A stretch of 51,979 nt of DNA from Girardia tigrina (lineage: Eukaryota): positions 40,403-92,381 of the forward strand of contig MQRK01252331.1 in assembly GCA_001938485.1 (NCBI GenBank). Direction: 5' to 3'. Made by a program: the position numbers and the translations under genes. Under the pieces are notes generated by a model. It saw nothing but the letters and a program-made list of their open reading frames with translations. It was not told the origin of the DNA and did no database searches. Below, in pieces: positions 1 to 12,848 of this stretch. The stretch's first letter is position 1; every line of letters starts with the position of its first letter.

Positions 1-362
1 TGGCATGTCAACAATTTTTCAAATTTCTGATCGATGCTTTTATTCTTAAGAAGACGTTTTAATATATCCTTCAATTCGGTTTCATTCTTCATCGGTAACG
101 GTTTACTATTTTCTTTTAACCTTAATTTACTGAATTTATCTGTTCCTAATATGTCATTCATTTTACTTATGTAACCTGATTTGTTAAGTATGACGAGGCC
201 GTTACCTTTATCAAATTTTGTAATAATTATGTCCTTCTTTTTTCTTAAATCCTTTAATGTTTTTTCTTCATTATTCTTCATTTTCTTATTGTTTTTAATG
301 TAAATATTTGTAGCCTTTTTCAATTCAAATTGTTTGTCTTTTAATACACTTTTAATACTTTG
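1..362 (-). mobile_element. Penelope-like element, N-terminal part of RT ORF (runs off window edge)
   Basis: Manual minus-strand translation is stop-free: ...EEKTLKDLRKKKDIIITKFDKGNGLVILNKSGYISKMNDIL..., the DKG motif that precedes the RT core in Penelope-like elements. It abuts an oppositely oriented pLTR. Confidence 0.85.
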
Positions 363-540
363 ATAAATAAAAATGTTTAATTTCTTCGTTACCATTTAAA
401 GTAAATTGTATTTATTAAAATTGTAAAATTGTATTATTCAAACAATTCAATAGAAAATTGCTGATGATGATTTTTTTAAAAATCGAAACATGTCCAATAG
501 TTGTATTAAAAAAGCTTTAATCAAATTATATTTTCAAAAT
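363..540 (+). repeat. Penelope pseudo-LTR copy (same family as 29876-29952 and 51799-51979)
   Basis: Nearly identical to the reverse complement of 51799-51979 (one 2-nt indel and about 2 substitutions by eye). Contains a hammerhead core and is followed by (TA)n. Confidence 0.85.
457..498 (+). ncRNA. Minimal type I hammerhead ribozyme
   Basis: attg-CTGATGA-t-gatttt..aaaatc-GAAA-catGTC-caat: stem I ATTG/CAAT, intact core, stem II GATTTT/AAAATC, palindromic ACATGT stem III, GUC cleavage triplet. Confidence 0.85.
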
Positions 541-618
541 ATATATATATATTTATTGATATTTTTCATAAATTTTATAATCTTTTCAATTTTTTTAATT
601 GTTTTAACCTTTCTTAAG

Positions 619-750
619 TGCTTTCGGAAATGAAATGTCGTGTTGATGGAGAATGTTCGGAAATTGCCAACTCCAGTATTTGTCACCCAGGAGCCGGCTC
701 ATGCACTTGTCCTTCTGGTACAGTATATGTACCGCATCAAAATTTTTGCA
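619..750 (+). CDS. Host gene internal exon A, EB-like six-Cys module
   Basis: tttcttaag| ... |gtaagt; 132 bp, phase 1-1; LSEMKCRVDGECSEIANSSICHPGAGSCTCPSGTVYVPHQNFC. Confidence 0.85.
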
Positions 751-1337
751 GTAAGTTAACATTTTTTTAAAATTTAATTTTCAAATTAATTAAAATTTGA
801 ATTTAATTCATACATTCATTTAATTTATAATTTATAATTTATAATTCAATACTTACGTATTGATAAGATTAAGCAAGAAAGTATGCTCAAGAAATAAAAA
901 TTAAGAGATAAATATTTGAGAAATTCTTCCTTAGTTTCCATTATGTTAGCAAACACACAGGATAATTTATTTTTGTACATAATATTTATTTTTATTTTCT
1001 ATATCTACAGTTGACAAATAAATGTAATGATAAAATTGTCAACTTAAAATAGTAAACTATTTGGAACTAATTTGTGAAAAGAATGTGTATTTCACATTGA
1101 CAAAACCTCCTTTGCCTTTGTAGTTTATTAATTTAATGTTAAAATATAAAATGTAATAGTATAACTGTGAAATTCTATAGTATACTTATAATTTTTTATT
1201 TTAATAAATTATAGTATATTGATCCTTTTTTAAGGTTGTAACATATTTTTGATAGTCTCAATTTCAATTTTCATCGATCCTATGTGGAATTTCTCAGGAT
1301 ACAGTACAAATCAAGAATGTTTTAATATTTCTATTTA

Positions 1338-1830
1338 TTAGAGTGAACCAAAAGTCTTTTCGTATTTTTTATTAAAAATTTAAACATAATTTTACGTCAA
1401 ATAAAAAACATTTAAGTTTCAAAGTAAATGCCATTTGAATCTATAGCTTGAATCCATCTATGTGCAGGTGGTGCGATCCCGCTGCGGTACTAATCCTTGT
1501 TCTTAGAAGCGAAGAACTGGTGACACCCTTTTTCGACCTCGGCCAGATTATTGAAGCTGTGACTACGAAGAAAGTGTGCCATAGAGCGGAAAAGGTGATA
1601 GTCGGATGGCGAAAGATCCGGACTATACGCTGGGTGTGGAAGAAGTTCAAAGGCGTCGAGATTTTTGATTTTTTCCTTTGTTTGTTCGGCGGTGTGCGGT
1701 TTTGCATTGTCCTGTTGTAGAAGAACTCGCTTTCGATTGATCAAAGCGGAGTATTTCTCGCCAAGTGCCGCATACATTCGATCAAGTTGGGCGCAGTAAA
1801 AGTCAGCGTCGATGGTACGACCATTTGTAT
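1338..1830 (-). mobile_element. mariner (DD34D) 3' fragment with one TIR
   Basis: ORF 1490-1777 has LLQQDNAKPH and HPAYSPDLSPSDYHLF. TA followed by a TTAGAGTGAACCAAAAG terminus at 1338. The 5' half is missing. Confidence 0.9.
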
Positions 1831-2560
1831 TTGGTTTTTAAATATTGTATTTTCTTTTGAATAAACATTTTATTAAACTTCGTTAATTTTTAATATTTAT
1901 TATGATATTTATTTTTCTTCCTAGTGTATTTACTTTATAAAAGTCTATTAAATTCTGCTTAACTATTCTTAAGATCTTATATTTAATTTTTTTTCAATAA
2001 CTTTTTAATTTACTAAATAGTTTAAATTTAATTTGTTTTCAAATCTCTTTAATTTACTAATTTTATTAATTTAAATTTATTTCGTTTTTAAATATATTAA
2101 ATTTACAAATTTTAATAAATTTTATCTTTTAAATATTATTAATATTGTAAATTTCTACAACTTATTTTAAAAATAAATTTCTTTTTTACTTTTATATTTA
2201 AATACCAATTGAAAATGTTTTGTTTAATTCAAAAATTTAAGAGTTTAACTAAAATCTTCACAAACACTTTAACTAAATTCCAAGCACATATCTCAAAACA
2301 AAAAAAAACAAAATAAAATAAAATAAATAAAAAACAATTAAATTATTTATTCACAGTAATTTACAATTATAGAATTAAAAATAAAGAAATATTTGCGTGT
2401 ATTAATTAAAAATAGAGACAATCAAATACATGTTATACAAACTGAAAAATATTTTTTAAATGTTATTGATATAAAAATTATATTTTCTTTTTCGTTTTCT
2501 GGTCAAAATGTAATTTTCGCTCCTTTTAATTTAAATGAAGCAAGAATATTATGTGATTAA

Positions 2561-2800
2561 CCCTTTGACTGTGTCATAGTCAAATGATCCTGATGCTAAT
2601 GTTGACAATTTATGAAGACATTTTACCATTCAGTAAGCATGATTTTGTATTTGCATTTAATTACTATTATCTTAAAAATGTTTGAAAGCACTTAAAATTT
2701 ATATTCCATGATAAAATTTCTATAAAAAATGTAATAATTCTAATATTTACACTAATTTATTACTTTTTGCCATGGTTTTATTAGTCATTTGCCTATGTAT
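2561..2800. mobile_element. Possible piggyBac-like MITE relic (one end only)
   Basis: TTAA|CCCTTTGAC start. The motif CATAGTCAAATGA recurs inverted (TCATTTGCCTATG) near 2786. No matching second terminus found. Confidence 0.35.
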
Positions 2801-3388
2801 TTATGCAAAACAAACAAATATTGAACGAATTTTCATCAACTTTGTGTGGTTCAATTGAGCTGAAATTTTAGAATACTTTATAATCCCGGTGACAATACAT
2901 GAATCAATTAAACTATTTACTACCTAAATAATTAATTGATATTTTTGTAGAAGAAAATAATTTTTCATATACCAGCTTTTTGTCACATTTTTAAATTAAA
3001 TAGAAAACGAAATAAATTCAAAGTTTTTTTTAATATTTTTCATATCTTGATGGATTCTCGGTATTCGTTCGTAATAAATACCTTTTGAGATTCAATATTT
3101 ATATTCAATATTAATAAAATAAGTTTTTCCGTTTAAAAATTTACGAAAAAAATGTTACTCAAATTGTGAGGATTTTGCAAATTCATTAATTTTTGAAAAT
3201 TTAAAATAAGAAAATATCTAAAATCAAAAATTCTCGAAAAGAATTATAATTACAAATATCTCTAATTTATTTTAAAAAGTAATTTATGTAAAATAAGTTA
3301 ATGAAACTTTATTTGCTAAAATTGTAATTTTTAAAGAAAATAATTTTTAAACATTAAAGCTATTTAAAGATTTTTGATTTCTGATTTA

Positions 3389-3702
3389 GCTGGAAATCGA
3401 GTATTCGGAATAACTGTTCGCATTGACCTAAAATAGAAAATTGACATAATAGACCTAACAAAAGTTTGTCCCCATAATAAAAAATGTCATAATACATGTT
3501 TAAAACCTATTTTTTACTTTTATGCATGTTGTTTAGAAATAAAAAAATTGACTTTATTGACTTGAAAAGTACTTTAAAAGTATTGACTTAAAGTATGCAA
3601 TATATATTACACAATTATGTACTTTCCGAATAGACGAATAAAAGTGCAAGGAATCAACTGTCCCCATTCTCATAAAGTCGTTCGGTTTTCGGTTTTTCCA
3701 GC
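3389..3702. mobile_element. Possible MITE with short imperfect inverted ends
   Basis: GCTGGAAATCGA at the left versus TCGGTTTTTCCAGC at the right; internal GACCTAA and TGTCCCCAT each occur twice. No convincing TSD. Confidence 0.3.
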
Positions 3703-3944
3703 GAAAATTATATTAGAAAACGTAGGTGAATTTTTCCGTGTTTGGATTAGCCAGAGTAGTTTGTAATTTCTAAAAATATTATTTAAAAATAATAATTTTA
3801 ACTATTTCTTTATAAAAACTCAAAATAGTAAAAGTTTTATAAAATTTTTTAAAATGAATTTAATTTAAATCTAATCAAATGCTTTTCTTTTTTTAAAATA
3901 TTAAACTTCATTTTGAAAATAAACTTAGAAATTATTACTTTAAT

Positions 3945-4074
3945 TATGTTCGAATAGTTAATCACTGTAAATATAAAAAATACCAATTTCCATCTGGGTG
4001 GGAGAATCACCATTCTAAGCTCAACATACTCAAATCAACTTACAGCATTCATACAATTTAAAATGTTCCTCACA
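3945..4074 (-). mobile_element. Gypsy LTR family copy 1 (5' part only)
   Basis: Reverse strand begins TGTGAGGAACATTT and contains GGTGATTCTCCCACCCAGATGGAAATTG. The 3' block was not found. Confidence 0.75.
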
Positions 4075-5569
4075 GGAGTTGTTCGACGAAGTTCGTCTTT
4101 TGTGAATATTGAAATCGATTTTTTGATCAATAAAACAATTTTCCTTTTTTGTTAAAAAAGAAAATCGTTTACCTTTCATAATTCTTATTTGTATTTATGA
4201 TTTAATATAAAATTATATTAACTTAATTGCGACGAAATCTAATTGAATAATCCAAAAAAATGAAGAATGTAAATCTTTATATTTTGAATTTAATTTATCG
4301 AGCGGTAACATTATTAACAACAAATAATTTAAAAAACTATTTTAAAAATCACGTTTTTACTCGAATTAAAAATAATAAAATAATTTAAAAAATAAATTAT
4401 TGATTTAATTGTTTATTAATTTAATTTAATAAAATATCTCCATTTTCCTACTCCATGTAAACATAGCAATTATTTTGCGAGGATTCGTCTTAAAATGTAT
4501 TGTTAATATACTCGGACTTTGCTCAGTCTCAAGAAATTCTCAACATTTAAAAAAATGTTATTTAATTCTGTATGATTATTTCATTAAAGAGTTTTTTTTA
4601 TTTATTTATTAAAAGATGTCTGAATTTACATCATAAAAAGATCATTTGTGTACTCAACTGACTCAATTTAACAGTATATTGTTTACCGTAGAATATTGTA
4701 CATACTCTAGAGCTCTCAGTAAAATAGTATTCGAAATGAAGCTATGTTGGCTATACGAAAATAGATAACAAATAATTAAGAAAAAAATGAATTTACCAGT
4801 AAAACCATCACAACAAATTTGCGATGTTTGATATAATAAATTATAAATTCTTTTTTTAAATCAGTTTCCTAGTAAGGGATCCTTGGGCTAAAAAAATAAT
4901 GTTTATTACTTGTCTAAATAATCTAGCCTAAAGGAATAAATAATTATTATTTCTAAACAATTTTCTTCAATCAACCGAAGAAAAATATGGTAAAATTATT
5001 TGAGAATTTTTCTTCTTCAAACGATTTTGTTCTTTATACTTAGAGCGAAACATTAGCAACTAATTATTACATAAATTTATATTTAATAGAAACCGTGATG
5101 TTCAGATTGTAAATATAAAATACATTTTTTCTAATAGTTTTTTTCATATGGTATTTATTTTATTAATTTCTTTTATAATTTTACAAATTGAATGTTTTTG
5201 AAATTGTAATTTTCTCATAGTAAATATTAAAGTATATCAAAATTTCACAAGAATTACGGATACTTCAAAGAATGTTGCTGAAGTAATACTAAATTAATTA
5301 ATAATAAATTGACTCTTGTAGATACAGTTATCATAAAAATATTAACTATTCAAAAAAATATTTTGAGAGAAATTTAGAGATTTATGGAAAAATTAAATTA
5401 AAATAATTAATTATTTTTTATAAGCTAATTTACTGGGCAATACTTTTTAAAAAATTACCAATTTTTATTTGAGCTTTTAATCTAAACATATAAGTAAAAA
5501 TAAATAAATTAACTTTAAAATAATAAAAAATTTATAAACAAATTTCTATCATTTACAACTAAAATTCTA

Positions 5570-6353
5570 CACTAATTGTAAGTCAATCAGAGCAAGTCTC
5601 CAGTCAGAGTATTATGATTTGAAAATCTTTTTTTCATTTACAAAAACATTTTTCTGATTGACTTTTTGTCGAGCGATTTGAGCAATTTGTCAAGTAATTC
5701 TGATTATATTTCATCTAACAATTTGAGCATATCGTCGAATATATCACGATTATTTTTTATTGAACGGTAGTTATTTTGACTCAGATAAAATTGTTGGTTC
5801 GAGAGCGGGCTTAGCGTGGTAGTCGCGTAATGGCAAAGGTGGCGGTTGGCGGGTCGTGTGGGGCAATAACGCATCAAATTCTTACTGAGATTCTTGTTTA
5901 AATAATCACGCTCATCACTTGAATCGATTATCAAAGCGATACCAAAATAACGACGCTGAAACGTCACCTTTTCATTGGATCTCAACTGAAAACATTAACA
6001 ATTTTCCAATAGGCGATCCTCAAATTTAAATCTCGATCCGGTCTCCAATTGGAGATTATTTAGATTTAATTGCGTGTAGAGGTTCTTAATTATTCGATTC
6101 ATGAAATATATAAGATATTTATTATTAAAAGGAAATCATCCTTGGAGAGAGATGTCAATTTGATGTGACATATTGATTGAGAATCGGGAATCAATTGCAC
6201 TAAGATCGCTCGATTTTCTGCAATTTTTGAAGACCCGATTGTATTCGAAAAAGTCTTTTGATCACAAGGAAATCGCTTGCTTCTGACCAAAACAAATCCA
6301 CATAAAGAATTAGCAATTCTCTTTTTACAAATCATCAATTCAAAATTTTCCAT
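5570..6353 (-). pseudogene. Unclassified coding-like relic
   Basis: Higher-GC island with two same-strand ORFs (6099-6353, 5704-5985). No motif recognised and no splice sites that fit the host gene. Confidence 0.3.
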
Positions 6354-6481
6354 TAAAATCGTTTAAAAAAAACTAAGAAAATCGGTCAATTACAATTCAT
6401 AACAATTTTTTATTTATTATCTCTTTTTTTTATAGAACCGATATATTTGTATTTTCAAAAAAAGTCTTTTTATTGAACCTA

Positions 6482-7839
6482 CAGTCGTGGCCATAATTCA
6501 CCAGCAATCACCCCTAAAAATACTGAGATTTTTGACTAACTGATATTGTATTGAAGTATTAAGGATATATTAAGTACATACAAATTATAAGAAGAATACA
6601 GACATAAATGTACAGCTCAAACACTGGTCCACTATTTCTTTATATGGCAACCTTTTGCATTAATCACTCCTGCTAATCGGTGTGGTATTGACGCGATTAG
6701 ATTAACAGTGAGTTCGGGGCTAATCTCATGTACCCAGACACGTTTAATCACGTCAAGTAGGTCATCATATGATGTGGGTGCATGCTTAGCAATCCTTTCT
6801 TTCTCTATTCTCCAACAATTTTTAATCGGCAATAAATCAGGTGAGTTCCCAGGCCATGGATCTAGAACGTTTATCTCGTTTGCTTCCAACCATGCTTTGT
6901 TTAGTCGCAATTGATGACATGAATCCCCTCATGTTTGAAATAATTTCCCTGACGCATTTGAAGGAAGCGTTGAACCTTATCGCGAAGAGTGCTGCTGTAT
7001 ACATGCGAAGTGATAGTAGTTCCCTTGGGACAGAACCAAAGACCGGAGCGACCTCTGGCAGTAATTGCGCTTCAAATCATAACTTTCGGCGCATTCCGCA
7101 TAGTGGGAACATTTTAATGTGGCCTAAAGCGGTGACCAGGCGGCCGGTGCACCGTGCGGATCCTTGTACCTTGCTGACAGATTATGGTTTCATTACTGAA
7201 CATCACCGAACGCCATTGATCCACTGTACAATATTGGTAAACTTTTCCAAACTCGAGCCTATCACGAATATTCTTCAACGATAAACGCGGTTTCTTGGCA
7301 GGCTTATGCGATCGAAAGCCTCCTTCAACCAGACGTTGACAAATGGTTCATGCGCTAGGCAATTTAACATAGTTAGCTGGAAGATCAGCTTGTATTGCGC
7401 GGAAACCAGCAAATGGATTGGTCTTGTAGGATCTCAAAATGGCTCGATCTGTCACCTTGCTTGTGATACGCGGCCTTCCAATGCGTTTCGTATAGGCAAA
7501 GGCGCGGGTGACTTTATGAAGACGGATAGTGTCGGCTACTGCAGCGCGGATAATATTGAATTGCAGGGCAGTTGCACGGTTCGTGACTCCAGTGTCGTGT
7601 AAAGTGACGATTAGTGCCCTCAGAGTAGGTAAAGGTTTGTTGCCAGTCATGTCGGAATAGTCACAAATACTTGACACCAAAACTTTTATATATCATAATA
7701 GTATAGTGGGTATGCTACTAAAGCTGTATTCTTATTGGATGTTGGTTAAGAACATTATTTACATGCACTTACACACACACACGTAGATATTAATTTTCTT
7801 TAAAATGCAAGGGTGGCCGGTAAATTATGACCACGACTG
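6482..7839 (-). mobile_element. Tc1-type transposon, full length, transposase disrupted
   Basis: TA|CAGTCGTGGCCATAATTCACC ... GGTAAATTATGACCACGACTG|TA; 1358 bp. ORF pieces carry GRPRITS and WPGNSPDLLPIKNCW (catalytic E replaced by K), with frameshifts. Confidence 0.95.
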
Positions 7840-7920
7840 TATTTTTTCGTACCTTCAATTTTTTTTAACAACAAGCCTATGTACTGATATTACAACTTCC
7901 AAAATTTTAAAATTGCATAT

Positions 7921-7957
7921 TGGTGTACCGCCACGTGAAAAAGGTTGGGAATCACTG
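7921..7957. mobile_element. Isolated hAT (Charlie/Buster-like) terminus
   Basis: AAGGTTGGGAATCACTG is the reverse complement of CAGTGATTCCCAACCTT, a typical hAT TIR. The partner end was not found. Confidence 0.5.
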
Positions 7958-8263
7958 ATGTAAAGAAATGAAAGGTGTTTAATTTGTGAATAACCAAATG
8001 AAATTTTTGAAAACGTAATGTGATCATAAAAAATTGTAAACAGATACAAGAACTATTAATTAAAAAATCTTTTTGTAATTTCGTTTTTTTTCATTACTTT
8101 TTTTAAAAAATAGCTCCGGGTATTTATTTCCAGTTTTAATAATAATAAAAAATAATAAATAATATTTTTTCTAAAAGCATTTAATTTTACATTTAATTAT
8201 CTAAATGGCTATTACATTCAAATGCAAAATAATTTTTGTTTGTTGAATTGACGGTATAATCAT

Positions 8264-8775
8264 AGTGAGGAATATTTTATATTGTTTAATTGTGTAAATG
8301 TAGTGATGCTGTATGTTGATTTAAGTACGTTGAATTTAGAATGGTGATTCTCGCACCCAGATGGAAATTGATATTTTTTTATTTACAGTGATTAACTATT
8401 CGAACATAATTAAAAGAATAATTTTATACGTTTATATTTTTAAAACTAGCAATTAAAATTAAGTTTAATATTATCTAAAACAAAAAAAAAGTGTTTAAGA
8501 AAATTTAAATTAAATTCGTTTCAAAATTTAAAAAATTTTATATTTTTTTGAGCTTTTATAAAAAAGGGGTTAAAACTATTATTTTTAAATAATATTTTTA
8601 GACATTAAATATTTTAAAAAGATTTAAAAAAATTTTTGAATAAACATGATAAAAAATACAAATTAAAAAACCAATTAAGGCGATGTCAAACGGTGAACGA
8701 TCGTACGGAGTTGTAATGACTCTCAATGTGATGATAATGAAAATTCAAATGAAAATTGTCTCAATGTTCTTAACA
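8264..8775 (+). mobile_element. Solo LTR (Gypsy family copy 2)
   Basis: ATCAT|aGTGAGGAATATTT ... GTTCTTAACA|ATCAT: exact 5-bp TSD, ACCCAGATGGA motif. Confidence 0.88.
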
Positions 8776-10599
8776 ATCATTAATTTCAATTTCCAAATAT
8801 GAATGGCTGATAACAAAGTCAGCTCGTTTGTGCGGTCGCGATACTTCGGCATCGGTAGAGGTCTTCAAGTTGTAGAAAAATTATGATGGGAAATATCTTA
8901 CTTTGAAAGATGACACAAATGGGAATTCCGCTAGTCAATTTCGGATCAATAAATGTCATTTTTATGTTTTTCACATGGCGAAATATCAGACTTCAAAAAA
9001 GAATCTTCATCAGAGTTTACTTCTCTCACGCTCTAAATCTTTAATGATGAAAACCCCAAATCTTACAGAAAAAAGGATTAAAAGAACGAAGAATATTTTA
9101 CAACTAAATTATTTTTCGAGTACGTTGAATTATTTCACAATTTTTTTAAAGATAATTTGACTTAAATATTGTTGCCGGCGCAAATGGTGACAGTTGTTGT
9201 AAATTTACGCCCGTATTTAAGTGTTAATTTTGTGACTATTTATTTGCAGGTCTTCTAATAATTCAACATTAACTTCATAGAATAATTTTTCGTTAACAAA
9301 TTTAGGATAAACATTTTTATTCCGAATTTTTTATTTATCAGCTTTTAAGAAAGGTTTAATACATTTATAAAACTCAATCAAAAGTTCTAATAAAGATAAT
9401 TTCTAAGTCAAAGAAAGATATCTCTTACTTACTAGCAGCTGGAATTCTTGGATTACATTTGTTAATTAAAGACAAAATGAACGTTTATACTCAATTTTGT
9501 ATCGTTAATGTCATTTTATGGTACTCAGACAGTATTACTGTTATCAAATCCCTAATGAGCAGTTCTTGTACTGTTTTTTTTTCCAATTTTCGCTAATAAT
9601 TTTTATATACAATTTAATCTGATTTCAATTAACATGATTGATTTCAAGTAACATGATTAAAGTAAATTCATTGTCAATTGAGATAATATTATCATCATAT
9701 TATAATCATTGAATTATACACTAATGTATTCTTGACTGATCACCATTAACCATAAAATTATTTTTAAGATGACTGTAAAACTATAAATTATATTAAAGAT
9801 TGTAATACTATAAACATATTTTACAGAATTTATCCCATTGTCTCATTAGGAAGAAGTCTTTTGATTGATGATACTTTTCTGCTCAGATAAATTTAAATCA
9901 AATATAGAATCTGATTTTGCCAAATGTTTTTGTTTAATGAAACTGTTAAATTATCTTGATTGTTTTTCTAAAAAATGGATATTGTCTAAACGTACTTGAG
10001 ACTGTCTCTGAGGCAAAGATTGTTTAGTCGCGCTTTATTATAAAAAGGTACAAAGATGAAAATGTGCCGACCGTAAGTTAACTATTTATGAAAAATTACG
10101 AATCTAAAGGAAAATCAAATTCTTGGGTAAAGAATAGATAAATTTTTCATTAACTCTTCAAGTTTATTTTCTTCGTATAAATTAAATCCGGAAGTGTAAA
10201 ATTTAAATCCATCAAGAACAGGTAGTATTTTTAAGATGTCTGGAGAGTACAATTGGCCGAACATTTTGCCAGTTTTGGAAAGATAATGTAAAAATATAAA
10301 ATTAAATAAATCATTAAATAAGTTTAAATAAATTAAATAATTAAAGTTAATATTTATTGTAAGGATTGAAGTAACCCTTAGATTTTGTAACTAAAAAAAA
10401 GAATTACAACAATAAAATATTTTAAAATTAATTAACAATTAAGACTATTGAAATAGATTTTCAAATCATATAATAAAATAATTTACAAGATGATTGAAAT
10501 TAAAGTTTAGTATAGCATTGAAAATTAATTGTAATATAAAATGTTTGAAATTTAATTAAAATAGAATAGAAAGGAAAAGCAAGGTTAAATAAAATAATG

Positions 10600-10780
10600 A
10601 ATTGCAACTTGTAAATTAGGTTATGAATTAAAAAAATTGCAAATCGTAAATTATAAATTATGGGTTATAGATTGCAAATTATGAATTTAAAAACTTGCGA
10701 ATTGTAGATTATAATTTATGGAATGTAAATTGTGAAGTATAAATTGTAAATTGTAAGTTATAAATTTTGCAGTATAAATA
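10600..10780. repeat. Degenerate heptamer tandem array, consensus T(G/A)TAAAT
   Basis: tgcaaat cgtaaat tataaat tatgggt tatagat tgcaaat ... tataaat tgtaaat tgtaagt tataaat. Confidence 0.7.
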
Positions 10781-12257
10781 ATGTGGGAAATAAGAAAGAA
10801 ACAAAATGTTGAGTGTTTGTTCTGTTTTTTTATTAAAACTGATAAAAAACTCTGATTTTATTTTTACGAAAATATATTTGTATATTTACAATTGATTACA
10901 ACAAAATCAAAGGTGTTTGTTAAAAGAATAGCGTTTTATTTGGCCCCTGGCCGATTTTATACTAAACTCCGAGAGCCTTTAGCGACAACTCGGGTAACTG
11001 TATTTAAAAGGTTTGGACCACACTTTGCCGCGTGTTCTTTTTTATATATGTATATGTATATTTATATATAAATTTATAAAATGAACTTTAAGATTGAAGT
11101 AATCCTTTACTTTTGATAATCTTCACACTATTTCAGTGTTTGATAAATTATGCACTTTTTCAGTGTAGGTTGAAAGTGACTGTGTGAGCGTTCTGATTCT
11201 TGCTCACTTAAATATAATTTTGAGCAGATAATTTATGCGACGTCTGGTTGAAAATTTAAATACGTCTTGTTAAATAAACTCTCCTTGAATAACTTTCTTG
11301 ACTTTTAAAATCAACAACTTCTGAGTACTTATTAATTAATAATGACCTTTTATACTAGGTCTTTTATTAATTAATTAATTTTATTTTTAAATTAAATAAA
11401 TAATTTACTCTTTCGTTGTAATTATTAATCTTCTTTTTTCTTTTATTTATTCAAATTCTCTTAAATATTTTATTTATTTATATAAGAAATATAATTTTAT
11501 ATTTATTATCATAAATATTCCATCTATGAAAAAAAATAAAATTGTTTATCAATATTTATTTGCTGGTTTAAACGACACATAATAATTTATAAAATTATAA
11601 ATTTTGAAATATTCCCTCAACAAAAAGAAATCTTTGAATACCTTTTAACTAATATATTTTATTCCTTTAGGTCATAAATTTAGACTTTTCTCATAAGAAG
11701 ATCTCTATAGGGATTTCAAGTATACGATAATTGTATAATTGTATACAGTTTCAAGATGTAATTCTTTAGAAAATATTTGCACATATGTAAATATTAGACT
11801 TACTAGAAATGGACCCGTCGTGTATAACGCGAACCCAATTTTTTCATAATTGAAAGTCTTTCCTTTATTCATATTTTTTTAAAATTTAAAAAATACTTTT
11901 ACTCGTTGAATAGAATACACGATTCTAGAATAAATAATATGTATATTTAATAAAATATTTATCGACCCACAAAAAGAACAACAGAATAAAATTGAATTTC
12001 AAAAAACTTTCAATGAACATAATTAAATTTAATATTAAAACTTCGAATTTTCATGTATTCAACGTTATTTTTTAGCTTTTTTCTAAGTTTCGCTTTTTAA
12101 GCCGTAGAATCTCTTCAGAATTTTTTTTCTGTCGTTTTCTTTATCAAAGTTTTTTTTCTCTATTAAGTCTGTTTCCACGTTCTTCCAGTAACTCTTTATC
12201 TATATTTTTGCAGTAAAATTTTATTGTAAAAAAAATTTAAAATTTTTAAAACATATT

Positions 12258-12620
12258 TGTGAGGAATATTTTAAAATTGGTATGTTGAAATTGGTTTGTT
12301 GAATTTTGTATGTTGAGTTTAGTATTTGGAAATGTGTTTCTCCCACCCAGATGGAAAATTGATATTTTAGATGTNNNNNNNNNNNNNNNNNNNNNNNNNN
12401 NNNNNNNNNNNNNNNNNNNNNNNNNNNNNNNNNNNNNNNNNNNNNNNNNNNNNNNNNNNNNNNNNNNNNNNNNNNNNNNNNNNNNNNNNNNNNNNNNNNN
12501 NNNNNNATTATCAATTTAGAACGATGTCGAATGACGAGAGTTTCGCTGAGAGTTGTCCAAAAGACAATTCTGATTGTAATGAAAATAAAAGTTTGAAAAC
12601 CCATGTTGGTGTTCTTAATA
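12258..12620 (+). mobile_element. Solo LTR (copy 3) nested in the Helitron-like element, spans an N gap
   Basis: ATATT|TGTGAGGAATATTT ... GTTCTTAATA|ATATT: exact 5-bp TSD, TCTCCCACCCAGATGGA motif. Confidence 0.85.
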
Positions 12621-12676
12621 ATATTAACAAATTAGTTTTGTAGGAAGATATTATTTGAGCTTTAATTACGAAAAAT

Positions 12677-12848
12677 TAACCGAAACCCTAACCCTGACCA
12701 TAACCTTAAGCATAAACCTAACTCTAAACCTAACCTACATCCTTACCAAAACCCTAAACCACTCATCCTGATCCTCACACCTGACTCTAACCCTAATCCT
12801 TACCCTAACTAAACCTTAACCATAACTATAACCCTATTCTTAACCCTA
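12677..12848. repeat. Degenerate (CCCTAA/CCTAAC)n telomere-like array inside the Helitron-like element
   Basis: ccctaa ccctga ccataa ccttaa ... ctctaa ccctaa; a mirror array sits at 49421-49500 next to the same core sequence. Confidence 0.8.

Noticed and set aside
8940-9000. INK...CFSHGE resembling Helitron helicase motifs, with weak similarity to 39745-39900
   Set aside because: Motif spacing and frames are wrong and the match is too short to support.
12080-12120. Minus-strand CTGAAGA...GAAAC hammerhead-like match
   Set aside because: No stem III and no convincing stem I; likely chance.
12677-12848. True telomere or chromosome-fusion scar
   Set aside because: The repeats are highly degenerate and, both here and at 49421-49500, attached to the same dispersed repeat core, so they are part of a mobile element.
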